In this document: positions 31,436 to 40,680 of the stretch, piece by piece | Position numbering within the stretch: the stretch's first letter is position 1 | How the letters are laid out: each line of letters starts with the position of its first letter | Assembly (NCBI GenBank): GCA_965228735.1 | Contig: OZ245838.1 | Span: forward strand, 4,960,001-5,024,000 | Length of the DNA: 64,000 bases | Reading direction: 5' to 3' | DNA from: Planctomycetota bacterium | GTDB lineage: Bacteria > Planctomycetota > UBA1135 > UBA2386 | Translations under genes and position numbers: made by a program | The notes under the pieces: model-generated | Database searches by the model: none | The model's input: the letters and a program-made list of their open reading frames with translations, nothing else | Told to the model about the DNA's origin: nothing

Positions 31436-32133
31436 CCGAACGCCTCGCCGCTCACGTTCCGCCCGACCTCGTCGTCTTCGACTGCGACGGCACGCTGCAC
31501 GACACGTTTCGCTGGTGGGCGCCGATCATCCGCGCCGGGCTGCAGCGCTTCGCCGACGCCGAAGGGATGGACGTCACGATGCCGACCGACGCCGAGGCCG
31601 AGGCCGTTGTCGGCATGCGGGACGCCGGCGTGTGGGCGCCGTTCCTCCCCGAGGGTCACAAGGACCGCTGGTTCGATCTGCGCTCGGTCGTGCTGCCGAT
31701 GGAGGTCGCGGAGATCAGTTCGGGCACGGACTACCTCTTTCCCGGCATCCGGGAGCTGCTGCCGCATCTGCGACGGAGCGGCGTGACGGTCGCGCTCGCG
31801 AGCAACTGCCGCAGCCAGTACATGGGCGGCATGCTCGACGGGCAGGGGCTCCGGCAGCTCAGCGACCACGCGTTCTGCCTCGACTCGGAGAACGTCGACA
31901 GCAAGACCGACATGCTGCGCGAGGCGCAGCGCGTGACCGGCGCGACCCGGCCCGTGATGGTCGGGGATCGGGAGCCGGACCACGAGGCAGCGGTGGCTCT
32001 CGGATGGCCGTTCCTGTGGCGCGAAAACAGCCGCTGCAGCATCCCGGACGCCGACTTCGCGTGGTCGGGCGATCCGGCGCAATTCCTGTCGGTATTGGAG
32101 CTTCCGGCGATGCCATCCGGGGCTCCGGAGTAG
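31432..32133 (+). CDS. HAD-family hydrolase
   Basis: VFDCDGTL, ASN, MVGDR..D. Confidence 0.9.
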   Translation: MTERLAAHVPPDLVVFDCDGTLHDTFRWWAPIIRAGLQRFADAEGMDVTMPTDAEAEAVVGMRDAGVWAPFLPEGHKDRWFDLRSVVLPMEVAEISSGTDYLFPGIRELLPHLRRSGVTVALASNCRSQYMGGMLDGQGLRQLSDHAFCLDSENVDSKTDMLREAQRVTGATRPVMVGDREPDHEAAVALGWPFLWRENSRCSIPDADFAWSGDPAQFLSVLELPAMPSGAPE

Positions 32134-32229
32134 CTGCCGGCACGGGGCCCGATTCTCGAATAGTCTGGTCCGGCGGCCGTATCCGCCGCCCGGTCCCCAA
32201 TGCTCTCCTTCTTCTTCAGAGGCATCGCG

Positions 32230-32625
32230 ATGGAACTCTTGATCATCATCGGTGGCATCGCCCTCGTCTGGACGGTGCTGTCGCTCATCGAGTCGCGGCG
32301 CAAGCGCCAGTCCGAGAACACGCAGCTGCTGCAGGAGGCGCTCAAGAACCCGGCGCTCGATCGGGCGACGCTCGAGACCCTGACGTATCAGCTCACGGGC
32401 AAGAAGCCGCTGCGCAGCCTCAACAAGGGCAGCAAGTTCCTCGGGTTCCTGCTCGGGATCGGCTGGCTCGGCCTGTTCACGGGCATCGGCCTCCTCGTCG
32501 GCGGCGAGCTCGAGAACGAACGCGAGCTCACGACTGCGGGTTGGATCGTCGGCCTCAGCGGCTTCGGCCTCGTGACGTATCCGTTCGCGCTGCGCGAGCT
32601 CGATGCTCGCCGCGCGTCGCAGTAG
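32230..32625 (+). CDS. Hypothetical 3-TM membrane protein
   Basis: Three hydrophobic helices; paralog of the next gene. Confidence 0.7.
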   Translation: MELLIIIGGIALVWTVLSLIESRRKRQSENTQLLQEALKNPALDRATLETLTYQLTGKKPLRSLNKGSKFLGFLLGIGWLGLFTGIGLLVGGELENERELTTAGWIVGLSGFGLVTYPFALRELDARRASQ

Positions 32626-32680
32626 CGCCGACGCGCCCGACCGACGAGCCCAGCCGTAAAGCCACAATCGGATTCGATCC

Positions 32681-33136
32681 ATGAACGACGAAGCCATCCT
32701 CGCCATCGTCCTGACCGGCTGCGGTGCCGGCGCCCTGATCACCATCGTCAGCATCTGGGGATCCCGCCACAACGCCGAGCGGATGAAGCGGCTCGACGTG
32801 ATGCAGAAGGCGCTCGAGCAGCCGGATCTCGATCATGAATCGCGGCGTCACCTGCTCGCCCAACTCGCGGCGGATCAGCAGGAGCAGAAGATCACGAGCG
32901 GCGAGCGCCTCGCCCAGCTGCGGCGCTTCGCGCGCCTGGTCCTCGTCGGCGGTGGCTGGTGTCTCTTCATGTTCTGCGGCGCGATGCTGGCGATGATGGA
33001 GATGTTCAACGTCATGCGCTGGATGCCGTACGAACCGCTCGTGACGTTCCTGATCATCGGCTTCGTCGCGATGACGCTGCCGGTCGCCACGCGCGAGCTC
33101 ATGGCGCGCAGCGATCCCGAGACCGCGCAGCGCTGA
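32681..33136 (+). CDS. Hypothetical 3-TM membrane protein
   Basis: Shares AL..P.LD and P.A.REL.AR motifs with the previous gene. Confidence 0.7.
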   Translation: MNDEAILAIVLTGCGAGALITIVSIWGSRHNAERMKRLDVMQKALEQPDLDHESRRHLLAQLAADQQEQKITSGERLAQLRRFARLVLVGGGWCLFMFCGAMLAMMEMFNVMRWMPYEPLVTFLIIGFVAMTLPVATRELMARSDPETAQR

Positions 33137-33177
33137 TTCACGGCACTCGGGCGACACGCTGCGCGCGCCGTGCTTCA

Positions 33178-33753
33178 ATGCACCGCGTGACCCTGCCGCC
33201 GATCGCCGACCTGCTGCGCCGCGTCGAGGACGTGTTCGCGCTGTGGCGCGTCAAGGACCGCGCGATCGAGGTCGCCTACAACCGCCGGTTGCGCACGTGC
33301 GCGGGGCGCGCGTTCGTCGAATCGGGGCGCATCGAGCTCAACCCCAACGTGCTCGAACCCGTGCCGCACGAGGTCGACGCCGTGCTCGTGCACGAAGCGG
33401 CGCACGTCGCGGCGTGGCGGCTCTTCGGCGCGGCCGCCGAGGCGCACGGCCGCCATTGGCGCGCGCTCATGCGGCTCGCTGGCGCGCCGACCGAGATCAC
33501 CCACGACCTGCCGCTGCCGAAGCCGCGCAGCAAGCAGCGGCGCCGGACCTATCTCTACGCCCGCTTCTGCGCCGAGTGCGGCGACCGCCAGATCCTGATG
33601 AACGTGCGCTACGGCCGCTGCCACGGCTGCGGCGAACGGGACGCCTACCTCGTGCTGCGCGCGCCGCGGTCGGCCGCCGGGCGCGCCGCGCTGCAACGTT
33701 TGTCCCTGGCGGATGCGCGCGCGCGCTGCAGCGACATAATGGGCGGCGTCTGA
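33178..33753 (+). CDS. SprT-like zinc metalloprotease
   Basis: N.RLR..AGRA, IELNP, HEAAH, HG..W, C-terminal CxxC pairs. Confidence 0.85.
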   Translation: MHRVTLPPIADLLRRVEDVFALWRVKDRAIEVAYNRRLRTCAGRAFVESGRIELNPNVLEPVPHEVDAVLVHEAAHVAAWRLFGAAAEAHGRHWRALMRLAGAPTEITHDLPLPKPRSKQRRRTYLYARFCAECGDRQILMNVRYGRCHGCGERDAYLVLRAPRSAAGRAALQRLSLADARARCSDIMGGV

Positions 33754-33811
33754 TCCCGCCGATTTCGGGCTGCGCGTCGCGGCCCGCCTCGCCAGCCCTT
33801 CTCCGCCGTTC

Positions 33812-34708
33812 ATGAGCAGCGACCGCGACATCGACAGCAACGACATCTTCGAGCAGCTCGTGCGGCTGCGGCGCGCCGGCATCCCGGCGGCGCTCGCGAC
33901 GATCGTCGGCACCCGCGGCTCGACGCCGGGGCGCACGTCGATGCGGCTGCTCGTGCAGGCCGACGGCACGTTCGTCGGCACGGTCGGCGGCGGCTGCCTC
34001 GAGGCCGAGGTCTACGACACGGCGATGCAGGTGATCGAGGACGAGCAGCCGCGGTCGCTGCAGTTCCGACTGACCGAGCAGGATTCTCCCGACAGCGGCC
34101 TGATGTGCGGCGGCGAGGTGACGATCTTCGTGGAACCGATCACGACTCCGAGTCTCTGGATCTTCGGCGGCGGGCACGTGAGCAAGGCGCTCTGCCAGGT
34201 CGCCGCGCTCGCCGGCTTCCGCGTCACGATCGCCGACGATCGCCCCGCGTTCGCGACGACCGAACGCTTCCCCGAGGCGCACGCGGCCGTGAGCAAGCCG
34301 TATCCCGAGGCGGTCGCGGAGCTCCCGATCCGGCAGAACACCTATGCGATCGTCGTGACGCGCGGCCACCACGACGACGGCGTCGTGATCGAGGCGCTGG
34401 GTCGCCGGCACGCCGAGGGCGACGAGCTGCGGTTCTGCGGCATGATCGGCAGCAAGACCAAGCAGGCGTTGCTGTGGAAGCAGCTGCGGGAGAGCGGCGT
34501 GTCGGACGCGTTCCTCGATACCGTGCGCACGCCGATGGGGGCCTACCTCGGCGGCAAGACGCACGAGGAGATCGCGGTGTCGGTCGTGGCCGAGCTGATC
34601 TCGGTGCGGCGGACCGGCGAGGATCTCGAGGCGACCTGGGAACGCAAGCCGCGCAAGATCCGCGGCGGCGCCGAGGGCGTGCGCGAGCTGCCTGCGGCCG
34701 AAGCCTGA
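33812..34708 (+). CDS. XdhC/CoxI-family molybdoenzyme accessory protein
   Basis: GSTP, GTVGGGCLEA, CGG, IFGGGHV, VTRGH..D, MIGS..K, EEIAVS..AELI. Confidence 0.92.
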   Translation: MSSDRDIDSNDIFEQLVRLRRAGIPAALATIVGTRGSTPGRTSMRLLVQADGTFVGTVGGGCLEAEVYDTAMQVIEDEQPRSLQFRLTEQDSPDSGLMCGGEVTIFVEPITTPSLWIFGGGHVSKALCQVAALAGFRVTIADDRPAFATTERFPEAHAAVSKPYPEAVAELPIRQNTYAIVVTRGHHDDGVVIEALGRRHAEGDELRFCGMIGSKTKQALLWKQLRESGVSDAFLDTVRTPMGAYLGGKTHEEIAVSVVAELISVRRTGEDLEATWERKPRKIRGGAEGVRELPAAEA

Positions 34709-34729
34709 GGCGGCTCCGGCCCGCGCCGT

Positions 34730-34788
34730 CGAATCGGGTGCTGGCGAATCGGGGCTGTCGAATCGGGGCTGGGCGAATCGGGTGCTGG
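34730..34788. repeat. Four tandem 14-15 bp intergenic repeats
   Basis: CGAATCGGG(T)GCTG units starting at 34730, 34745, 34759 and 34774. Confidence 0.75.
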
Positions 34789-34993
34789 CGCCCGTTTCCG
34801 GGCGATTCGACCGGCTGTGGTCGGCGTCCGGCCGGTAGCCCCGAGGATCGACCGAACCTCCAGCGCTCTCCGTCGTTGTCACCACGGGGGGCTGTCGGCA
34901 TGATGTTTCGCCCGGTCCCTCCCGCCGGCCCGTTCGAACCGGCCGGAGTCCGAGACTCCGCCGACCCCTCGCAGACCCAATTCGCTGAACTCG

Positions 34994-36028
34994 ATGAAGT
35001 CGTACTGCCTAGCTGCCCTCCTGCTCACTGTTCCGGCCCTGGCCCAGGGCGATCGCGTGTTCACGGTCGACGGCAAGTCGATCGATGACGTCGCCGTCAC
35101 CAGCTGGGACGTGCGGCAACTGAAGTACAAGAAGGGCGGTCGCGAGCAGACGCTCTCGGGCGATCAGGTCGTGCGCGTCGAGCTCGAGGATTTCCGCGAC
35201 GTGTTCCGGCTCGGGCTCAGCGATTCCGACCTGATGCTGACGAAGACGCGCGAGCAGCTCGCGGAGAAGAACAACTTGATGGCGCAGATCGGCTTCGTCC
35301 GCGCGTCGTCGATGTTCTTCGACGAAGGGCGCCCGCAGGAGGCGTCGGCCGCGCTCGACGAGCTCGCGAAGTCGATCGACGACGCCGGCACGCTGCCGGA
35401 GATCTACCGCCAGAAGTTCGAGTACTACATGGGTCTCGACCAGCGCGGCGCCTCGAGCGCCGGCACCGTCGCGAAGAAGTACATCACGGAGGCGCAGGGC
35501 AACGCGTGGCCGCAGGGCTACGTCGTCGAGGCCGAGTTCTTCCAGGCGCTCGCGGAGCGCGCCGCCGGCGGCGATCCGAAGGCGTTCCAGGCCAACCTCG
35601 AGGGGATCGTGCAGCGCGCCGCCGCGGTGCCGATGGTGCAGAACCGCGCGAACGTGCAGCTCGCCAACAGCCTGCTGCAGACCAACGACAATGCCAAGGC
35701 GCGGGCGATCTACGAGCGCATCGCCAAGCAGGACGGCGTCGACGACGCCTCGCTCGGCGGCGCCTACCTCGGGCTCGGTCTGCTGACGACGGCCGAGGCC
35801 ACCGACCAGGAGCAGCACAAGCGCGCGCTGCTGTGGTTCCTGCGCGTTCACCTCGAGACGGAGAAGGCGTGGCCGCACATCAAGGCCGAGGCCCTCTACA
35901 ACGCGGTGCAGGCGGCCGGCAAGTGGCGCGGCCCGCGCTACCAGTACATCCAGGCGCGCTGCCGCGGTGCGCTCAAGGCCGAGTTCCCCGACTCCAACTG
36001 GACCGAACGCGCCCTGCAGGGGCGCTGA
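34994..36028 (+). CDS. Secreted helical-repeat (TPR-like) hypothetical protein
   Basis: Signal peptide ending PALAQ; TPR-like helices; strong codon bias. Confidence 0.75.
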   Translation: MKSYCLAALLLTVPALAQGDRVFTVDGKSIDDVAVTSWDVRQLKYKKGGREQTLSGDQVVRVELEDFRDVFRLGLSDSDLMLTKTREQLAEKNNLMAQIGFVRASSMFFDEGRPQEASAALDELAKSIDDAGTLPEIYRQKFEYYMGLDQRGASSAGTVAKKYITEAQGNAWPQGYVVEAEFFQALAERAAGGDPKAFQANLEGIVQRAAAVPMVQNRANVQLANSLLQTNDNAKARAIYERIAKQDGVDDASLGGAYLGLGLLTTAEATDQEQHKRALLWFLRVHLETEKAWPHIKAEALYNAVQAAGKWRGPRYQYIQARCRGALKAEFPDSNWTERALQGR

Positions 36029-36049
36029 TGCGCGCGAGCGAGCCCATCC

Positions 36050-36787
36050 GTGGGTGAGGGTCGCGAACCGAACGCGTCGGGGGGCGCGGGGGACCCGGCG
36101 ACGCCGTTCCCGACGGCGCCCCAGGGTCGGCTGAGCAACGCACTGTTCTGGGTGCTGTGGTTCATGGTCCGGTTGGCGCTTCGGCTCTATTGTCGCTTCC
36201 GCGTCGAAGGAGAGCTGCCGCAGGGCGCGTACGTGGTCGCGGCCAACCACGCGTCGTTCTTCGACCCGATCGTGCTCGGGGCGGCCGTGCCGCGGCGCGT
36301 CGTGTTCCTGATGACCGAGGTGGTCTACCGGTCGCGCACGATGGGCTGGTTCTATCGCTGGAACCGCGCGATCCCGCTGTCGACGCGCTTCCCCAACCGC
36401 GAATCGATGCGGGTGGCGCGCCAGGCACTGAAGCGGGGGCGCGCCGTCGGCATCTACCCCGAGGGCGGCATCAGTCGCGACGGCAAGCCGCTGCTCGGCA
36501 GTCCGGGTGCCGTCTCGCTCGTGCTCAACGAAGGCGTGCCGATCATCCCGGTCGGTCTCGTGGGCACGCACGGGTTGTTGCCGCCCGGGGCCGTCTTCCC
36601 ACGGCCGTGCCGGGTTACGGTGCGCTTCGGCAAACCGATCACGCCGGCCGAGCTCGCGGCCGTGCCGGGCGGGCGGCGCGAACGGTTGCAGGGCGCGACC
36701 AAGCTCATCATGGCGCGCATCGCCGAACTGACCGGGCACGAGCCGCGCGAGGCCGAGCTCGAACGCGCGTTCACCGAGTCGGCGTAG
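36050..36787 (+). CDS. Lysophospholipid acyltransferase (PlsC family)
   Basis: NHASFFD, YPEGG, PIIPV. Confidence 0.92.
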   Translation: MGEGREPNASGGAGDPATPFPTAPQGRLSNALFWVLWFMVRLALRLYCRFRVEGELPQGAYVVAANHASFFDPIVLGAAVPRRVVFLMTEVVYRSRTMGWFYRWNRAIPLSTRFPNRESMRVARQALKRGRAVGIYPEGGISRDGKPLLGSPGAVSLVLNEGVPIIPVGLVGTHGLLPPGAVFPRPCRVTVRFGKPITPAELAAVPGGRRERLQGATKLIMARIAELTGHEPREAELERAFTESA

Positions 36788-36914
36788 GAGCCGATCAGGC
36801 GCTGCGGCTGGCACGTCGCCGCTGGGATGTCGCGTTCGGCACGTCGCGGTTGGGGTGGGCGAACGGGAAAGTCGGACGAACGTCGCGTTTTGACGGGCGT
36901 CGCGCCACGTAGGC

Positions 36915-37493
36915 GTGAACCCGACGACCGAGACCCCGCGGCTCAGTGAGCTGTCGGACGATGTCGTGTGCCGACTTGCGCACCGACACGCCCGGCGGTT
37001 CTTGCGGCGCTTCGACGACCCGACGACGCGGGCGGAGCTCGACGACCTCGTGCAGGAGAGCGCGGTCGCGGCGTGGCGGTGGGCGGATGCGATGCGCTAC
37101 CCCGAGCGCTTCGCTGCGGCGGTGCGGACGATCGCGCGCCGGCATCGGCAGCGGGCGATCGCCGCGCGCCGCAAGCGCCACGACCAGGAGTCGGCGGCCG
37201 CGGAGCTCGGTGGGCCGTCGGGGCGAAAGCCGCTCTGGATCGCCGGGCAAACGGTGCCGCACGGTTGGGCGATGCAGCGGCTCGGGCGCGCGCTGCGGCG
37301 GCTGCAGCCGACGGACCGGTGCGTGCTGCTCGCGTTCCAGGAGGGGTTCTGCATCAAGGAGATCGCGACGCGCTACGGCATGTCGGTGCCCAACGTGAAG
37401 GTGCGGGCGCACCGGGCGCGCCGGCGCGTGCGGCAGGAGATCGAGGCGGCGGCGCAGGATGCCGCGGCCGGCGATGGGTTCGAGTTGTGGTGA
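36915..37493 (+). CDS. ECF-type sigma-70 factor
   Basis: DDLVQE; EIA...GMS..NVKVRAHRARR. Confidence 0.8.
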   Translation: MNPTTETPRLSELSDDVVCRLAHRHARRFLRRFDDPTTRAELDDLVQESAVAAWRWADAMRYPERFAAAVRTIARRHRQRAIAARRKRHDQESAAAELGGPSGRKPLWIAGQTVPHGWAMQRLGRALRRLQPTDRCVLLAFQEGFCIKEIATRYGMSVPNVKVRAHRARRRVRQEIEAAAQDAAAGDGFELW

Positions 37494-37522
37494 ATCAGGC
37501 GCAAGCCGAGGAGGAACGACGG

Positions 37523-38632
37523 ATGGCAGATCGAAGGATGGCAGGGCAAAGGATGGCAGAGCAGTTGGTGTGGGTCGTCGGGTTGGTCGCCGTGCTGATG
37601 GTGCCGGGGCTTCCGGGCGGTCGGCTGCCGGCGCAATCGGAGGCGACTGCGAGGCCCGCGGCGAAGGTGGTGCCGAACGAGTCGGCCGATCCGGCGGCGG
37701 CGGCGCCGAAGGCGGCCGAGGTCAGCTCGGCCCGACCGAGCCCGGCGGGGCGCGACGCGCTCCGCAGGTGTCGGACACTGCGCGACGCCGCGCTCGCGCA
37801 GCGCGGCAAGGCGCGGTTCGCGGCGTTGGCCGAGGCGGCGTCGAACTACGACCGCGTCGCGGCCGGGTTCGCGGCGGAGCCAGCGGTCGCCGGCGTCGCG
37901 GCGTTCGGCGCGGCCGAGCTGTGGCGGCGGCACGGCAGCCCGGCGTTCGCCGAACGGGGCTATCTGCTCGCGGCGGCCCGCCTGCCCGCGCGGTTCGGGG
38001 CGCGCGGTCTCGTCGCGGCCGGAGACATGCAGCGTCGCCTCGGGCGTTCGGCGGACGCGCTCGCGACGTACGCGCGGGCGATCACGAAGGCGCCCGCGAG
38101 CAGTCACGCGCAGGCGGCCCGGCTCGCGCGCGTGCGGCTCCTGCGAGATGCGGGCCGGATGGACGCGGCGCTGCGCGCAGCGCAACTCGCGCTCGAGTGC
38201 GCCCGGCCGGGGTCGCAGGAAGTCGCCGCGTGCAACCTGCTCGCGTTGCTGCAGATTCAACGCGGTGACCTCGACGCCGCGGAGCGCGCGCTCGATTGCG
38301 CGCGTGACTCGCTCGAGGACATCGACCCGGTCGATCGCGCGCTGCTCGAGCGGCGCCGGCGGGCCGTGCAGGCGATGTCGGGCTGGCGCGCGCTGCAGCG
38401 CGCGCGCGATCGGGCGAACGGCACCGTCGGTGACGCGGTGCGGTTCGACGCCGATCGGCGATGTGGCACTTCGGAGGGGATCGACCCCGCGCCGGAGTCT
38501 CGACCCCAGCCGCAATCTCAGCCGCAATCTCGGCCGCAACGCGAGTCTCAACCCCAGCCACAGCCCCAGCCCCAGCCGAAGGCGAAGACACCCCCGGGCG
38601 GGAAGGCGAACGAGCTGGCGGATGGCCGTTGA
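37523..38632 (+). CDS. Secreted TPR-like protein with PQ-rich tail
   Basis: Hydrophobic N-terminus and TPR-like helices; three alternative ATGs on a 15-bp repeat. Confidence 0.6.
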   Translation: MADRRMAGQRMAEQLVWVVGLVAVLMVPGLPGGRLPAQSEATARPAAKVVPNESADPAAAAPKAAEVSSARPSPAGRDALRRCRTLRDAALAQRGKARFAALAEAASNYDRVAAGFAAEPAVAGVAAFGAAELWRRHGSPAFAERGYLLAAARLPARFGARGLVAAGDMQRRLGRSADALATYARAITKAPASSHAQAARLARVRLLRDAGRMDAALRAAQLALECARPGSQEVAACNLLALLQIQRGDLDAAERALDCARDSLEDIDPVDRALLERRRRAVQAMSGWRALQRARDRANGTVGDAVRFDADRRCGTSEGIDPAPESRPQPQSQPQSRPQRESQPQPQPQPQPKAKTPPGGKANELADGR

Positions 38633-38662
38633 CTGCGGCGGGGCGCGGTCGAGAATCGGGGC

Positions 38663-39205
38663 ATGATCCGTCGGACCATCGTGCAGGCCACGCTCCTTGC
38701 CGTGCTGCTGCCGTCCTTCAGCGGTGGTTGCGCGGTCGCTCACGGGATCGACACGCTCGCGAGCGCGTGCCCGCCGGCAGAGTTCGGGCGGCCGCTCTAC
38801 GTGCGGGCGTTCGCCGGCACGGGTGCCTGGATCGGCGGCATCGCGGGCGGCATCGCGTCGGTCGTGATCCTGCCGATCACCTACCCGATCAGTCTGCTCG
38901 CCGATGACGGGCTCGGCGAGAACGGCCAGGCCGAGTTCTTGTTCGCGCCGGCGCTCGGCGGCGCCTCGGTCGGGCACGCGTTGCTCGGTGGAGCCGCGGA
39001 CGTGGTCGACTACACGTTCCGGCGCGCGTGGGTCGGCGAGAACGAGGTGATCACGAGCTACGAGTTCGTACCCGCGGCGGGTCCGGGCCTGCCGCCGGGC
39101 GGTCCGGGCCTGCCGCCGGGCGGTCCGGGCCTGCCGCCGGGCGGTCCGGGCCTGCCGCCGGGCGGTCCCGGTTCGCCGCCTGCCGAGCCCGACTCCTCAC
39201 GCTGA
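38663..39205 (+). CDS. Hypothetical membrane lipoprotein with GPGLPPG repeats
   Basis: Signal peptide plus GGC; Gly-rich hydrophobic segments. Confidence 0.7.
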   Translation: MIRRTIVQATLLAVLLPSFSGGCAVAHGIDTLASACPPAEFGRPLYVRAFAGTGAWIGGIAGGIASVVILPITYPISLLADDGLGENGQAEFLFAPALGGASVGHALLGGAADVVDYTFRRAWVGENEVITSYEFVPAAGPGLPPGGPGLPPGGPGLPPGGPGLPPGGPGSPPAEPDSSR

Positions 39206-40425
39206 GCTGCGGAGGGCGGCCTGGTCGCAGCGACTGCGGTGCCTCGCTCCGTACCGGCGGGTTCGTTTGCCGCATCGATTCCTGGCAGGCGGATGCTGAA
39301 CGTCGCGCCGATCGCGGAGTCGCTGGTCCCATCAGTGAGCGGATCGACGAGCGCGAGTTCGCCGCCGTGCTGTCGAATGATGCCGTGAGACGTGGACAGC
39401 CCGAGGCCCGTGCCCTTCGCCTTGGTCGTGTAGAACGGCTCGAACAGCCGATCGCGCGTCGGGCCGGGGATGCCGGGACCCGAGTCCGCGACCCGGATCT
39501 CGATCCAGCGCGTGGCGTCCGCTGCAGGGCCGGGTGGTCGACCCTCACCGACCCGATCGGGCGGCGGCGGCGCCAGGCGCTTGCCGGTGATGTGGATCGC
39601 GCCCTGTGAGTCCATCGCGTCCTTGGCGTTGGCCACGAGGTTCATGAACACCTGCTCGAGCTGCGAGCGGTTGGCGCGGACCGCCGGGAGAGACTCGTCC
39701 AGGTCCAGTTCGAGATGGACGTGGTTGCCGGCGAGGCGGCGGAGCAACGGTTGGAGTTCGCGCAGGAACGCGCCGACGTCGAGCGGCACGCTGCGTCCGC
39801 TCTGGTGCCGCGCGAACGTGAGGAGCTGGCGCGTGAGTTCACGGCCACGTTCGGCGGCGCCCTCGATGTTGTCGAGACTCGCGAGCGTCTTGTTCGAGAC
39901 GTCCTCGTGCAGGCGACAGCACTGCGCTTCACCGCGAATCACGGTGAGCACGTTGTTGAAGTCGTGGGCCAGGCCGCCCGCGAGGTGGCCCATGCTCTCC
40001 ATCTTCTGGGCCTGCCGCAGTTGCGCTTCGAGCAGCTTCGTCGCCGTGATGTCGGCGATCGTGCCGATGACGCCGGCCACGGCGCCGATCTCGTCGAGCC
40101 GGGCTTCGCCGGTACATCGCACCCACCGGTCGTCCGCCGTGCGCACGCGGCAGTCGACCGCGAAGTGCTGGTCCGTGCCGGTCAGCGTCGCCTCGACGTG
40201 CCGCTGCAGCACGGTCATGTCGACTTCGTCGATGCGGTGCAGGAAGCCGGCGAACCGCGTCGGTCCTGGCGCGTCCGGCAGCCCGAGAAGCGGGCCTGCG
40301 TCACCGGACCAGGTCAGCTCGTCGGATGCTGCAGACCATTCCCACACGGCGAGTTGCGCCGCCCGGGCCGCGACCCGCAGCCGTTCCGTTGCGGAGACTT
40401 CGCTCCTCTCTCGAGCCATGGACAC
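39058..40425 (-). CDS. PAS-domain sensor histidine kinase
   Basis: QAQKMES.G.LAGG.AHDFNN, NL..NA.DAM, D.G.GI, FEPFYTTK..GTGLGLS. Confidence 0.92.
   Translation of the reverse strand: MSMARERSEVSATERLRVAARAAQLAVWEWSAASDELTWSGDAGPLLGLPDAPGPTRFAGFLHRIDEVDMTVLQRHVEATLTGTDQHFAVDCRVRTADDRWVRCTGEARLDEIGAVAGVIGTIADITATKLLEAQLRQAQKMESMGHLAGGLAHDFNNVLTVIRGEAQCCRLHEDVSNKTLASLDNIEGAAERGRELTRQLLTFARHQSGRSVPLDVGAFLRELQPLLRRLAGNHVHLELDLDESLPAVRANRSQLEQVFMNLVANAKDAMDSQGAIHITGKRLAPPPPDRVGEGRPPGPAADATRWIEIRVADSGPGIPGPTRDRLFEPFYTTKAKGTGLGLSTSHGIIRQHGGELALVDPLTDGTSDSAIGATFSIRLPGIDAANEPAGTERGTAVAATRPPSAAQREESGSAGGEPGPPGGRPGPPGGRPGPPGGRPGPPGGRPGPAAGTNS
39080..39180. repeat. 21-bp tandem repeat, about 5 copies
   Basis: ggtccgggcctgccgccgggc repeated. 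Confidence 0.9.
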
Positions 40426-40680
40426 CCTCCTGGGTTGGGTGGAACTTGCTCAATGCGGCCCCCTTGCACGGGGGCCGACTCCTCAGCACTTCACCGTAGC
40501 TGGCATGTGGCGTGCCGCAACCGGGCCGCGGGCGGGTTGTCGCCGCTCAGGCTCGGCCGGTCGCCCATCGGGTGCGGCTACGGTTTGGCTGATCCCAGGA
40601 TTTCTAAACTCTAGCTAGCGTTTGGCAAAGCGAGATGGGCGCGCGGACCGGCAATCCGCCGCGCGCGGAAACGGCCGCGA

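Noticed and set aside
34730..34788. Intergenic repeats as a CRISPR array
   Set aside because: Units are 14-15 bp, directly adjacent, with no spacers and no cas genes.
40502..40517. Second sigma-54-like element upstream of the histidine kinase
   Set aside because: The -12 box reads ATGC rather than TTGC, and such matches arise by chance at this GC content.
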